Assembly: GCA_963733675.1 (NCBI GenBank)
Contig: CAVTET010000005.1
Span: 256,001-320,000, forward strand
Direction: 5' to 3'
Length of the DNA: 64,000 nt
From: an uncultured Methanosarcinaceae archaeon
Lineage (GTDB): Archaea; Halobacteriota; Methanosarcinia; Methanosarcinales; Methanosarcinaceae
Shown here: positions 44,911 to 55,314 of the stretch, in pieces
How the letters are laid out: every line of letters begins with the position of its first letter
Position numbering within the stretch: the first letter of the stretch is position 1
Position numbers and translations under genes: made by a program
Notes under the pieces: model-generated
What the model was told of the DNA's origin: nothing
Databases searched by the model: none
Seen by the model: the letters and a program-made list of their open reading frames with translations, nothing else

Positions 44911-46149
44911 TCACATTTTTTTAATTTCATTATATTTTTTAGCCGCAACCTTTAGGGCCTCAACGCCTGGAAGCTTCATCCCTGCAAGATAATCAATACA
45001 AGCTCCTCCACCTGTGCTGATATGGGAGAAACGATGTTCTAGGCCAAGATGATCAACTTCTGCCGTTATATGTCCCCCACCAATAATTGAAAACTCAGAT
45101 TTTACTGCAGCCTTAATTATTTCGTGGGTTCCAAGAGCAAATTCAGCAATCTCTGATACTCCTGCAGGGCCATTTAAGACAACAGTTTTCGAATTCTCGA
45201 TTTCTCTGGTGAACGCCACAATTGTTTCAAGCCCGATATCATTTATAGGAAGAGAGTTTGAATTAAGCTTCAAAATAGGCACTTCAACTCTCTTTTTATT
45301 ATCGTTTACAGCAACATCCATAGGGAGACAAACTCTGTCTCTGAACCTTGCAAGTAGATTTTTTGCCTTTTCGATCTGATTTTCGTACCCTTGGGATTTG
45401 ATGAATTCCATGTTGACTTTTCCAATATTCACTCCCGAAGCAGCTAGAGCAACGTTTGCTACCACTCCGGTAAATAGTACCCTGTCCGCCCCTCCATTTG
45501 CAAGTACATTTTCCGCCACTCGAAGGGAATCATCAACTTTTGCTCCTCCCAAAACGAAAATACTTGGCCGTTCCACTCCTTTTATTGCCCTGTAGAGAGA
45601 AACTAGCTCTTTTTCCATTACTCTTCCGGCTCCTGAAGGAAGAAGTTCTGTAAATCCTACGACAGAAAGATGAGATCTATGGGATACGGCAAATGCATCA
45701 TTTAGGAAAATATCCACAAAGGGCACCAGCTTCTTAACCAAGTAGGTTGTGGCATGTTCTGATGGTGTTCTTTCCAAGCTTTCTTCGGAATAGAACCTTA
45801 CGTTTTCGAGCAGTATGACATCACCATTTTCCATCGATGCAATCTGAATCTTCGCATAGGTCCCAAAAATATCATCTACATAATTAACCTGCCTACCCAG
45901 GTGTTTAGACATCAGATGGGCATGAGGCTTCATTAGTGTGAAGTCTTTTTTCCCGGGACGACTCTGGTGCGCAAGTAGAATCACTTTTGCATCTTCTAGG
46001 TCCTTCAAGGTGGCAACATGACTTCGAATACGCATATCATCCAAAATGTTGCCTTTGGTATCCATTGGAGAATTCAGGTCAACCCTTACAATAATGGTTT
46101 TCCCGTCTACATCAAAATCATCGATCGTAAGAAAGTTTCTGGAAGTCAT
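44911..46149 (-). CDS. pgk: Phosphoglycerate kinase
   Basis: VRVDLNSP, LAHQSRPG, LLENVRF, NDAFAVSHR, GGAKVDD, HISTGGGA. Confidence 0.97.
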   Translation of the reverse strand: MTSRNFLTIDDFDVDGKTIIVRVDLNSPMDTKGNILDDMRIRSHVATLKDLEDAKVILLAHQSRPGKKDFTLMKPHAHLMSKHLGRQVNYVDDIFGTYAKIQIASMENGDVILLENVRFYSEESLERTPSEHATTYLVKKLVPFVDIFLNDAFAVSHRSHLSVVGFTELLPSGAGRVMEKELVSLYRAIKGVERPSIFVLGGAKVDDSLRVAENVLANGGADRVLFTGVVANVALAASGVNIGKVNMEFIKSQGYENQIEKAKNLLARFRDRVCLPMDVAVNDNKKRVEVPILKLNSNSLPINDIGLETIVAFTREIENSKTVVLNGPAGVSEIAEFALGTHEIIKAAVKSEFSIIGGGHITAEVDHLGLEHRFSHISTGGGACIDYLAGMKLPGVEALKVAAKKYNEIKKM

Positions 46150-46524
46150 ATCTTCTCAGCACACCTTTGTGGATAGAATCTTATATAGATTGAAATGAAT
46201 TTGAAAAATGAAATTTAAGAGAATCTTCTATTTCATAATAATAGTGATTATCCTGTCATGGGATTTTTTCCATAAATAAGTTTGTTTCATTTAAGTTTCA
46301 TGATATAGATTGTGATTTCTATATCAATAACTAAAATAAATCTAAAATAATTCAGGCATTCCACTTTAAAATAGTTTTGCTATCCTAATATCAATAATAT
46401 AATGTGAATAGCAAAGGCATATGAAAAAGATAAACTAAAAGACTTTGGAGAAAGAGTTGAATTAATGATTCTCGCGAAGAAAAAAGTCGTCGATAAATTG
46501 GAATCATTTATACTATAAAAGAGC

Positions 46525-47415
46525 GTGAAGATGAGATCAAAAGGAATATTTTATGCATTTCTTGCAGTTTGTTTGTGGGGAACAATGGGTACCACTATTA
46601 AACTTATTGTCGCTAGAGTAGATAGTTTCAGTGCTGCAGTTTATACTGGTTTGTTTGCGACTATCGCATTATTAATATATTTAATTGTAACTGCAAAAAC
46701 AAAAGAACTCATTATAGAGCTTAAAAAACATTATTTGTTCTTTATAATTACAGGAGTAATTGGGTTAGGAATACAGCAAATATTTTACCTAAAATCATTT
46801 CAACTTCTTCCTGCTTCTCAAGTAGTGATACTTTTCTATTTATATCCTTTGTTTATGATAATATTAGCTGGTCTGATACTAAAAGAAAAAACGTCATTAC
46901 TCTCGATATTTTTTGTATTATTAGGGTTTTTTGGAGTCTATGTTCTTGCATCAAATGGGACATTTATAAAATTAGACACTAATATTGGTTTAATTGTTAC
47001 TTTATTTGCTTCTCTCAGTTGGGGATTATTTTCAGTTTTAATTAAATTAAGAAAAATCAATGCAGAAATATCAATGTTTTTATTTGATTTATTTGGATTG
47101 GTTTTTTTAATCGCTCTAATTCCTTTATTTGGCTTTAATTACTTTATTACTTTAACCGAAGCTTTAGGGATTTTATATCTCGCACTGATACCTACGGCAC
47201 TTGCATTTGTTTTGTGGAACAAAGCACTGCAGTTAACAACAACAAGCGTTTGCTCCAATATCTCATTATTAACTCCGTTATTTTCTTTAGTAATAATTTC
47301 TCTTGTTTTAAAAGAAAAAATTACTTTTAATCAAATCATCGGCTTAATAATAATTCTCTGTTCTGTTTTCTTAAATATTAATTTTGGAAATAAGCAAAAA
47401 AACAATCAAAAATAA
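46525..47415 (+). CDS. EamA/DMT family transporter
   Basis: About 10 TM helices in two EamA halves (LWGT.., ILKEK; LWNKAL.., VLKEKIT). Confidence 0.9.
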   Translation: MKMRSKGIFYAFLAVCLWGTMGTTIKLIVARVDSFSAAVYTGLFATIALLIYLIVTAKTKELIIELKKHYLFFIITGVIGLGIQQIFYLKSFQLLPASQVVILFYLYPLFMIILAGLILKEKTSLLSIFFVLLGFFGVYVLASNGTFIKLDTNIGLIVTLFASLSWGLFSVLIKLRKINAEISMFLFDLFGLVFLIALIPLFGFNYFITLTEALGILYLALIPTALAFVLWNKALQLTTTSVCSNISLLTPLFSLVIISLVLKEKITFNQIIGLIIILCSVFLNINFGNKQKNNQK

Positions 47416-47890
47416 TTTTAATTTGAAATTCCTATTGTCATCAGAGTTGATGTATCATGTTTAGGCAGTGTGACTAGTTTTCTGTAAAATCACATATGAT
47501 CTGTTATGGAACCAAATAGCATAGGATATAAAATCACGATCGTCGCACTTTAAATCTTCCAGTATGATATAATAAATTATATGCAGTTTCAGAAAATCAC
47601 TGAAAAAAAATAAGAACAACAAATATGATGAAAAATATTAACAAGGAACCCAAAAAAGAAGTAGAGTTATAAGGGCATTTCACATAGTTTCTTAAGAAAG
47701 CTCCTGTATCCTCTTCAAATTTGATGGATTTTCGATTACTTTTGCCCTCTATTCTTTGTCCGATTTTATTTTTAAAATACAAGATCAATAGAATATCTTA
47801 CTTGAAAATTACAGTGTTAGCAGCAATAATGTTGTTAAATCAGATTTTTTGGGCGGGCTCATTCATAAACGCGGACTGGACAGAATCCCT

Positions 47891-49269
47891 TTATTTGTTA
47901 ACCACGACAGTTTTTATATTCACAAATTCCTTGAGGCCATAGTGGGCAAGCTCTCTCCCAATTCCCGACTTCTTAACCCTGCCAAAAGGCAGTCTGGGAT
48001 CAGATTTAACCATACCATTTATAGCTACAAATCCTGATTGAATCCGTTTTGCCACCCTTTCAGCTCTATCAAGGTCTCCAGACCAGATCTCAGCCCCAAG
48101 CCCAAACTCTGTTGAGTTCGCAATTATCACTGCTTCATCTTCGTCCTTTGCAGTGATAACCGGTGCAATAGGCCCTAAAACTTCAAAATTACATGCTTTC
48201 ATATCTGTACTAGCTGCAGGAATAATAGTAGGATTAATAGTAGGATTGAAGAAAAAGCCTTTTTCACATTTTTTCCCGTAAGTTTGGGGTTCTGCTCCTC
48301 TTTTTCTCGCGTCTTTCAGAACCTTTTCAAGACTGTGAACAAATTCCTTTTTTGCCAGAGGTCCTATATCTGTTTCCTCATCCATAGGATCCCCAATTTT
48401 CAGTTTCTGGATATTGAGTTTAAATGCTTCGATAAAATCAACTACAACATCTTCCACAACAATAAATCTCTTGGCAGCAATACAGCTCTGTCCGGTATTG
48501 ATAAAACGGGACTCCATAGCTACCTGCGCAGCCCTCTCGATATCAGCATCTTCAAGCACTATGAAAGGATCAGATCCTCCCAATTCCAGTACCAGAGGTT
48601 TGATAATTCCTCCCACAAGTCCCCCTATTTCCAAGCCCGCAGTTATGCTGCCAGTAAGCGATACACCATTCACTCGATCTTCTGCAATAATTCGCATGGC
48701 AGTTTTTGAGTCAATTAACAGAGTCTTGAAAATGTGTTTCTGGAATCCAGCCTCCAGAAAAACCTTCTCAATCTCTAAAGCTGACCTTGGTACATTTGAA
48801 GCATTCTTGATCACACAGACATTTCCTACACACATTGCAGGTACTGCAAACCTGAAAACCTGCCAAAATGGGAAATTTCAGGGCATGATCCCGAAAATAA
48901 CTCCAAGAGGTTCAAAAGTCACATAGCTTTTCTCCACACCGATATCTACAAGCTCATCTTTCAATAATCTAGCCGCATTTTCTGCGTAATAGTCACAGAG
49001 CCAAGCACATTTTTGAACTTCGTTTCTCGACTGCCTGATAGGTTTTCCCATTTCCGTCGTAATAATCTTAGCATAATTATCGACATTTAGCCTGAGCACT
49101 TCTCCAACATTTAAAAAATACTTTGCCCTTTCCTCAACAGACAACGAACTCCATCCTGAAAACGCAGCCCGAGATTTTTCAATATGGTTCCTACATTCCT
49201 TAATAGAAAACGAATCATATATCCATTACTACTTCTTCAGTATAAAGGATTAATGAATTTGATTTTCAT
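47891..49269 (-). pseudogene. NAD(P)-dependent succinate-semialdehyde dehydrogenase (GabD/Sad-like)
   Basis: MKIKFINP, frameshift, ..EMGKP..PLGVIFGIMP*NFPFWQ (TGA at conserved Trp, 48878-80)..SLTGS..LELGGSD..GQSCIA..PFG; also a 12-bp duplication. Confidence 0.9.
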
Positions 49270-49897
49270 AACTTTCCCCTTCAAAAAGAGTCACTTAGTA
49301 ACATTAGACCTTTGATAATGATTTAAATATATAATGCATAGTTTTTGCTATAAAAGTTCTGCATAAGTGAAGCTAAGAAATCCTGTTTTGTAATGAAAGA
49401 AAAGAATTGAAAACAATTACTTTTATAGAACTTTCAGTATACTGCTAATTTTAGTAATATTGAAAATTTGCTGTAAATTGAAAGTCATATTTCGCATATG
49501 GAATCTAATTATATTTTTTAGATGTGACGTTCCATTTCTATCATTTTAAGATTTGTTCAAGGATCCAGGGACACTACTTTCTATTGAAAATTTTATTACT
49601 TCGATCAAAAGGTATTGCTAATAGCTCTTATCAGTCCTTTGAAATCTAAAATTTTATCTAAGATTAATCCTCAGTGCTATTTAGGGATGAAGTCAATACT
49701 AAATTTCAAAGATCCTGATAATAAAAGAAATAATCAATATAAAATTAATGTTTAATGTTAAAATATTTTATTTGGTAGTGATTTTTAATCAGAATCAATC
49801 TTTCATCCCACTAATTCAAAATAATGAAAGAAATGATCCTAAATAAAAGAACACAATAAATTCCAAACAATTGTGATAACGAGGAAGATATAAAATT

Positions 49898-50321
49898 CAA
49901 CAAGATAATTGGCGTTGGTGTAGCAAATGTCAGGGATTATACTGGGCTGGAGGCGGTGGGGGAGTTTGTCCTACCGATGGAGCCTTCCACGCAATAGACG
50001 GAAGTGGTAACTATGTAGTAAGGTATGATGAACCTCAATTTGGTCAAAGTAGCTGGTATTATTGTAAACATTGTCATGGATTTACACTATGTTGCAGACA
50101 CATTAGGACCCTGTCCTCATGAGGAGAGTACTCTATTGCTGGAAGCGCTAACTATAGCCTAAAAATTAACGATTCCTATGCAAGGTAAAATTCAGATCAA
50201 CTGGCATTGGTGTAACAAATGTCAGGGGTTATACTGGGCTGGACACTCATTGGGAGTTTGTCCTGCCGGAGGAAATCACGCTATGGACGGAAGCGGTGAT
50301 TATATCCTAGAAATTGAATAA
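49898..50321 (+). pseudogene. Three-repeat Cys/His (CxxC..C..H) protein relic
   Basis: QQDNWRWCSKCQGLYWAG..VCPTDGAFHAIDGSGNY / QSSWYYCKHCHG..GPCPH*..AGSANY / QINWHWCNKCQGLYWAG..VCPAGGNHAMDGSGDY. Confidence 0.75.
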
Positions 50322-50799
50322 TGCAAGATATTTATTGAAACATCTAAAATGAAGAGCGGTGTATCCAAAGTTCTGGAAAATATGACCTATAGTATATGCA
50401 TAGGTTTTTTGTGTCAAAATCTATGTATTTTCTACTTTTTCAGCCAAAAATCGAGAGTATTTTTGCACTGATTCAAACAAAGTACACAAATTTTATCAAA
50501 ATCAATGCAATATCTAAAACAAAAAAATACTTTTTAACTGCTTGAAGGGGAAGAAAATTTTCAAAATCAAATGTCAAACCTGAAAATAGCAATGTTTTAT
50601 CCAAAAGGTTGCTGTTTCCTTAAATAGCACAGTTTATTTAGAAAATGTGATATTGTTTAAGTTGTTTATAATTTAAAAGAACAATAGGTATATAAAAATA
50701 AAATAGTTAAGAGATAAAATTAAGAAAGGTATTTGGATGTCAACTTCGGTTTTTTTCGGGGATTTTGTCTTCAGCACTTCTATTCATTTCTTATCAGAA

Positions 50800-51037
50800 A
50801 TATAATCCATCAGGGGGTGACTGCAACTCCCAAGGATAATCTCCTACATTCACCGTGGCAGTAACGGTATTTGTGTTTGTATCAATTACAGAGACATTGT
50901 TGCTCTGAGAGTTCTTGATATATGCAAATGGCGCTGCATTTGCAATACTTACTAGCATTAAAAGCGCTAGGGCTATTATTACAAAAACTGGTATGATGCT
51001 GTACCTTCTGCATGTTTATCAGATTTTGTTTCTTTCA
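50800..51037 (-). pseudogene. 5' relic of a YVTN beta-propeller surface protein
   Basis: ..LALLMLVSIANAAPFAYIKNSQSNNVSVIDTNTNTVTATVNVGDYP..GVAVTP. Confidence 0.8.
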
Positions 51038-51235
51038 TTTTAGACCTCTTGATACATGTTTTTACATATTCATCATAGGATAAATTTGTGGATATAAAAT
51101 TAGATAAATGTTCACTTTATAAATAAAAATATTTGGCAATGGACCGAAAGTTATGTACAATTTGCCTTTACTGTTTAATACCTATATAGTATGCATGTTC
51201 TATTGCATAAAATCATAATATTAAAGCAAAAATTT

Positions 51236-52059
51236 AGTTTCACAGCAAAGAACATAAAAAAGCAGAATATTGCTCAGATAAAATCTAGATTTAGACAGCT
51301 ATTTCGAATAACTTGTTTATAATATTGACTCCAGAAAGAACAAAGCTATTTAAAGTGTCAACCTATCCTTTTCTTATCATATGCATGATTTCGATTCCTT
51401 CTAAAGTCTTATTAGCAGATCGAAAAGACTGAAATCCTAACATTGGATTAACGATTCTCTTTATAGATCTGTGATCTTGTTCTATAATGTTATTCAAATA
51501 CTTGATTTGTCGAATGCCTATGTTTTTAGGTAGTATTTTATCAATTTTTAGTTTATCTATAGCAGGTGGATAACCTGGATTCTTATCAACGGTTATTACT
51601 CTTGGAATTTGATTATGATTAGAACTTAAAGCTTTCTTAAAGAATCTCTTCGCTGTTTTTCTATCTCGTTTTGAACTTAACATGAAATCAATTGTATCCC
51701 CATTTGAGTCAACTGCTTGGTAAAAATATTTCCATTTACCTTTTACTTTGATATAGGTTTCATCAACTCTCCACGAATAGTTTGTTAGTCTTAAATGTCT
51801 TCTGATCTTCTTTTCTAGTTCAGGGGAATATTGATGTACCCATCTCATTATAGTACTGTTATCAACTTGAATTCCTCTTTCTATCATCATTTCCTTTAAA
51901 TTTCTATAGCTCAGTGGATATTTTAAGTACCATCTTACATTCAATAGGATAATTTCTCCTTCATAATGCTTCCATTTAAAGGAATTAGATAGCATATTAC
52001 TATCTTTGGTTTTCTTTTTATTCTATTGTATCGATCTCATATTTTCTTGTAAAGGAACC
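51236..52059 (-). mobile_element. IS6-family insertion sequence, copy 3 (divergent/mosaic, degenerate ends)
   Basis: Left TIR GGTTCCTTTACAAG; degenerate right TIR CTTTGCTGTGAAACT. Confidence 0.85.
51291..51995 (-). CDS. IS6 transposase with in-frame TAG at codon 211 (210 aa if terminated, 234 aa if read through)
   Basis: ..MIRKG*VDTLNSFVLSGVNIINKLFEIAV-TAA aligns codon for codon with KGQVIDLNYSVLNEVKYINQLFGIVL. Confidence 0.85.
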
Positions 52060-52062
52060 CTA

Positions 52063-52100
52063 TACTATACTAAACTATACTTACTATACTAAACTATACT
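52063..52100 (+). repeat. 19-bp tandem direct repeat between IS6 and the TPR gene
   Basis: TACTATACTAAACTATACT x2. Confidence 0.8.
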
Positions 52101-52163
52101 ATATTACTCTAAATGATACTTAATAATCAGTTAAGTGATTTAATTTAAACTGAGGATTTTGTT

Positions 52164-53369
52164 ATGGAAGAAAAGAATGCAAAAGAAGCTGAAGAACAGT
52201 TTAAGCTTGCTCTGAAAATCAATCCAAATGATGCAGATATATACTGCAGTTACGGAGATTTACTAGCAGAAATGGAGCGATGGGAAGAAGCTGAAGAACA
52301 GTATAAAATTGCTATGGATCTCGACCCAAATGATGCAGATATACACTGCAGTTATGGAGATCTGCTAGCAGAAATGGAGCGATGGGAAGAAGCTGAAGAA
52401 CAGTATAAAATTGCTATGGATCTCGACCCAAATGATGCAGATATACACTGCAGTTATGGAGATCTGCTAGCAGAAATGGAGCGATGGGAAGAAGCTGAAG
52501 AACAGTATAAAATTGCTATGGATCTCGACCCAAATGATGCAGATATACACTGCAGTTATGGAGATCTGCTAGCAGAAATGGAGCGATGGGAAGAAGCTGA
52601 AGAACAGTATAAAATTGCTATGGATCTCGACCCAAATGATGCAGATATACACTGCAGTTACGGAGATTTGCTAGCAGAAATGGAGCGATGGGAAGAAGCT
52701 GAAGAGCAGTATAAAATTGCTATGGATCTCGACCCAAATGATGCAGATATACACTGCAGTTACGGAGATTTACTAGCAGAAATGGAGCGATGGGAAGAAG
52801 CTGAAGAACAGTATAAAATTGCTATGGATCTCGACACAAATGATGCAGATATACACTGCAGTTATGGAGATTTACTAGCAGAAATGGAGCGATGGGAAGA
52901 AGCTGAAGAACAGTATAAAATTGCTATGGATCTCGACCCAAATGATGCAGATATACACTGCAGTTATGGAGATCTGCTAGCAGAAATGGAGCGATGGGAA
53001 GAAGCTGAAGAACAGTATAAAATTGCTATGGATCTCGACACAAATGATGCAGATATACACTGTAATTATGGAGATCTGCTAGCAGAAATGGAGCGATGGG
53101 AAGAAGCTGAAGAACAGTATAAAATTGCTATGGATCTCGACACAAATGATGCAGATATACACTGCAGTTATGGAGATCTGCTAGCAGAAATGGAGCGATG
53201 GGAAGAAGCTGAAGAACAGTATAAAATTGCTATGGATCTCGACCCAAATGATGCAGATATACACTGCAGTTACGGAGATTTGCTAGCAGAAATGGAGCGC
53301 AACAAAGAAGCTGAAGAACAGTATAAAATTGCTATGAAAATCAATCCAAATAATGAAAACTCACACTAA
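52164..53369 (+). CDS. Tetratricopeptide-repeat protein made of 11 near-identical 34-aa units
   Basis: Unit DPNDADIHCSYGDLLAEMERWEEAEEQYKIAMDL. Confidence 0.92.
   Translation: MEEKNAKEAEEQFKLALKINPNDADIYCSYGDLLAEMERWEEAEEQYKIAMDLDPNDADIHCSYGDLLAEMERWEEAEEQYKIAMDLDPNDADIHCSYGDLLAEMERWEEAEEQYKIAMDLDPNDADIHCSYGDLLAEMERWEEAEEQYKIAMDLDPNDADIHCSYGDLLAEMERWEEAEEQYKIAMDLDPNDADIHCSYGDLLAEMERWEEAEEQYKIAMDLDTNDADIHCSYGDLLAEMERWEEAEEQYKIAMDLDPNDADIHCSYGDLLAEMERWEEAEEQYKIAMDLDTNDADIHCNYGDLLAEMERWEEAEEQYKIAMDLDTNDADIHCSYGDLLAEMERWEEAEEQYKIAMDLDPNDADIHCSYGDLLAEMERNKEAEEQYKIAMKINPNNENSH
52221..53342 (+). repeat. Tandem array of 11 x 102 bp
   Basis: Internal units differ only at a few sites (TAT/TAC, CTG/TTG/TTA, CCA/ACA, one TGTAAT, one GAG). 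Confidence 0.95.
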
Positions 53370-53592
53370 CTAATCGGTGAAAATATTGCTTTAGGGCTCA
53401 CATATTCTTTGGCTGTCGAAGCTGCTGGAATCACATAGAAGACGTACAATGAATGGATGAAGAAAGATCAGACAGAAATATGGGAAATATTACCATCTTT
53501 TCAAATATATTCAAAGATGTAATGCTGATGGTGCTAGGAAACTTTTGGAACGCCTAAACGAAGCAGCAAAAGCTGGTGGCACTCAAGAATGA
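53370..53592 (+). pseudogene. HTH / small-terminase-like protein relic (paralog of 38140-38500)
   Basis: ENIALGLTYSLAVEAAGIT*KTYNEWMKK, frameshift, GKYYHLFKYIQRCNADGARKLLERLNEAAKAG. Confidence 0.65.
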
Positions 53593-53716
53593 TGATGAAG
53601 CCCCATGGAACAATATGCCTCGAAACATCAACTCCTCGCAGATCCCTACCATTAAAGTATTGATGATTACAAACATAAGAACCTTGGTTTGTGGAAGATC
53701 CGCAAATAAAACCAAC

Positions 53717-54570
53717 GGTTCCGTTGCAAAAATCCTTTCTAATGATACAATAGAATAAAAAGAAAACCAAAGATAGTAATATGCTATCTAATTCCTTTAA
53801 ATGGAAGCATTATGAAGGGGAAATTATCTTATTGAATGTAAGATGGTACTTAAAATATCCACTGAGCTATAGAAATTTAAAGGAAATGATGGCAGAAAGG
53901 GGAGTAAAAGTCGACCATACAACAATCATGAGATGGGTACATCAATATTCCCCTGAAATAGAAAAGAAGATAAGAAGACATTTAAGACCAACAAATGATT
54001 CGTGGAGAGTTGATGAAACCTATATCAAAGTAAAAGGTAAATGGAAATATTTTTACCGAGCAGTTGACTCAAATGGAGATACAATTGATTTCATGTTAAG
54101 TTCAAAACGAGATAGAAAAACAGCGAAGAGATTCTTTAAGAAAGCTTTAAGTTCTAATCATAGTCAAATTCCAAGAGTAATAACCGTTGATAAGAATCCA
54201 GCTTATCCACCTGCTATAGATAAACTAAAAATTGATAAAATACTACCTAAAAACGTAGGCATTCGACAAATCAAGTATTTGAATAACATTATAGAACAAG
54301 ATCACAGATCTATAAAGAGAATCGTTAATCCAATGTTAGGATTTCAGTCTTTTCGATCTGCTAATAAGACTTTAAAAGGAATTGAAGCTATAAATATGAT
54401 CAAAAAAGGACAAGTAATCGATCTAAATTACTATGTTCTTAATGAAGTCAAATACATTAATCAATTATTTGGTATAGTTTTATAATGTTAGTACATTTTC
54501 CTTGAATGTTTTGATTTTTATTAATCACTTATAGATTTACATATTTTGTTGAAGTTTTTGCAACGGAACC
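53717..54570 (+). mobile_element. IS6-family insertion sequence, copy 4 (854 bp)
   Basis: TIRs GGTTCCGTTGCAAAAA / TTTTTGCAACGGAACC. Confidence 0.95.
53781..54485 (+). CDS. IS6-family transposase (234 aa)
   Basis: Near-identical to copies 1 and 2. Confidence 0.95.
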   Translation: MLSNSFKWKHYEGEIILLNVRWYLKYPLSYRNLKEMMAERGVKVDHTTIMRWVHQYSPEIEKKIRRHLRPTNDSWRVDETYIKVKGKWKYFYRAVDSNGDTIDFMLSSKRDRKTAKRFFKKALSSNHSQIPRVITVDKNPAYPPAIDKLKIDKILPKNVGIRQIKYLNNIIEQDHRSIKRIVNPMLGFQSFRSANKTLKGIEAINMIKKGQVIDLNYYVLNEVKYINQLFGIVL

Positions 54571-54843
54571 CGTGTATTAGATAACAAATACATTAATAAA
54601 TTTTTCTTATGAACGTTTGTATTCATAATTGAATAAAACATCAAAGTTAAATTGATTTAATTCTGCAGTCTTACTTCGTAAATCAGAATTAGGAACTTAT
54701 GCATCAATGAAACAATCGTAAAAAAAGCTTTGTAGCTAAGAATATTGGCTTTGTGTTCTACTTTTGTGGTGAAAGAAAAAGGATAGAGAGTCAATCAAAT
54801 TATATATATTAATTATAATGAATATTCTATGGGAGTTCATAAA

Positions 54844-55314
54844 ATGGTAGATTTTTATGAAGCAATGTTAGATATTGGATGAAAAAATCTCGATACCGAA
54901 AATAAAAGGCATAGTGATTTAGACAATAAAGCGATTGGCATAATAAGTATAACAGGGATGCTGATTACATTTCTATTGGGATCGATAAAGTCAAGTTCAG
55001 GAGTTTCGGGCAGCAAACATGTTTTTATTTTGGCGGCTTTTTTTTAATAATTACTGTATATCGTAGTTTATTAGTGCTTCAAGTTGACGATGTAGTAGTA
55101 CTTTCAAGTAAGGAATTAATAAATAAATTAGGGGGATAGACCCAAAATATCAGATACCACGCATTGCGACTACTCTAGCAGTTATGAAGAGAATATGAGT
55201 AATAAATGTAATAAAAAAACAGAAAAGCTTAACATTGCTATTAGCTGGTTAGGCGCTAGCATTATATTATTAATAATTTATGTGGCTACAATTTATTTGG
55301 TTACTATGCTATAA
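54844..55314 (+). pseudogene. Three-TM membrane protein relic (loosely Pycsar-effector-like)
   Basis: MVDFYEAMLDIG*KNLDTENKRHSDLDNKAIGIISITGMLITFLLG...NKCNKKTEKLNIAISWLGASIILLIIYV; stops and frameshifts. Confidence 0.45.

Noticed and set aside
20619-48880. TGA at conserved Trp/Gly positions (cupin, GT4, SSADH) suggesting TGA recoding or selenocysteine
   Set aside because: Intact genes (pgk, larC) end in TGA, Trp is encoded by TGG throughout, the positions are not Cys, and the same genes carry other lesions.
52221-53342. Regular array resembling a CRISPR
   Set aside because: Units are contiguous 102-bp in-frame coding repeats with no unique spacers, and there are no cas genes.
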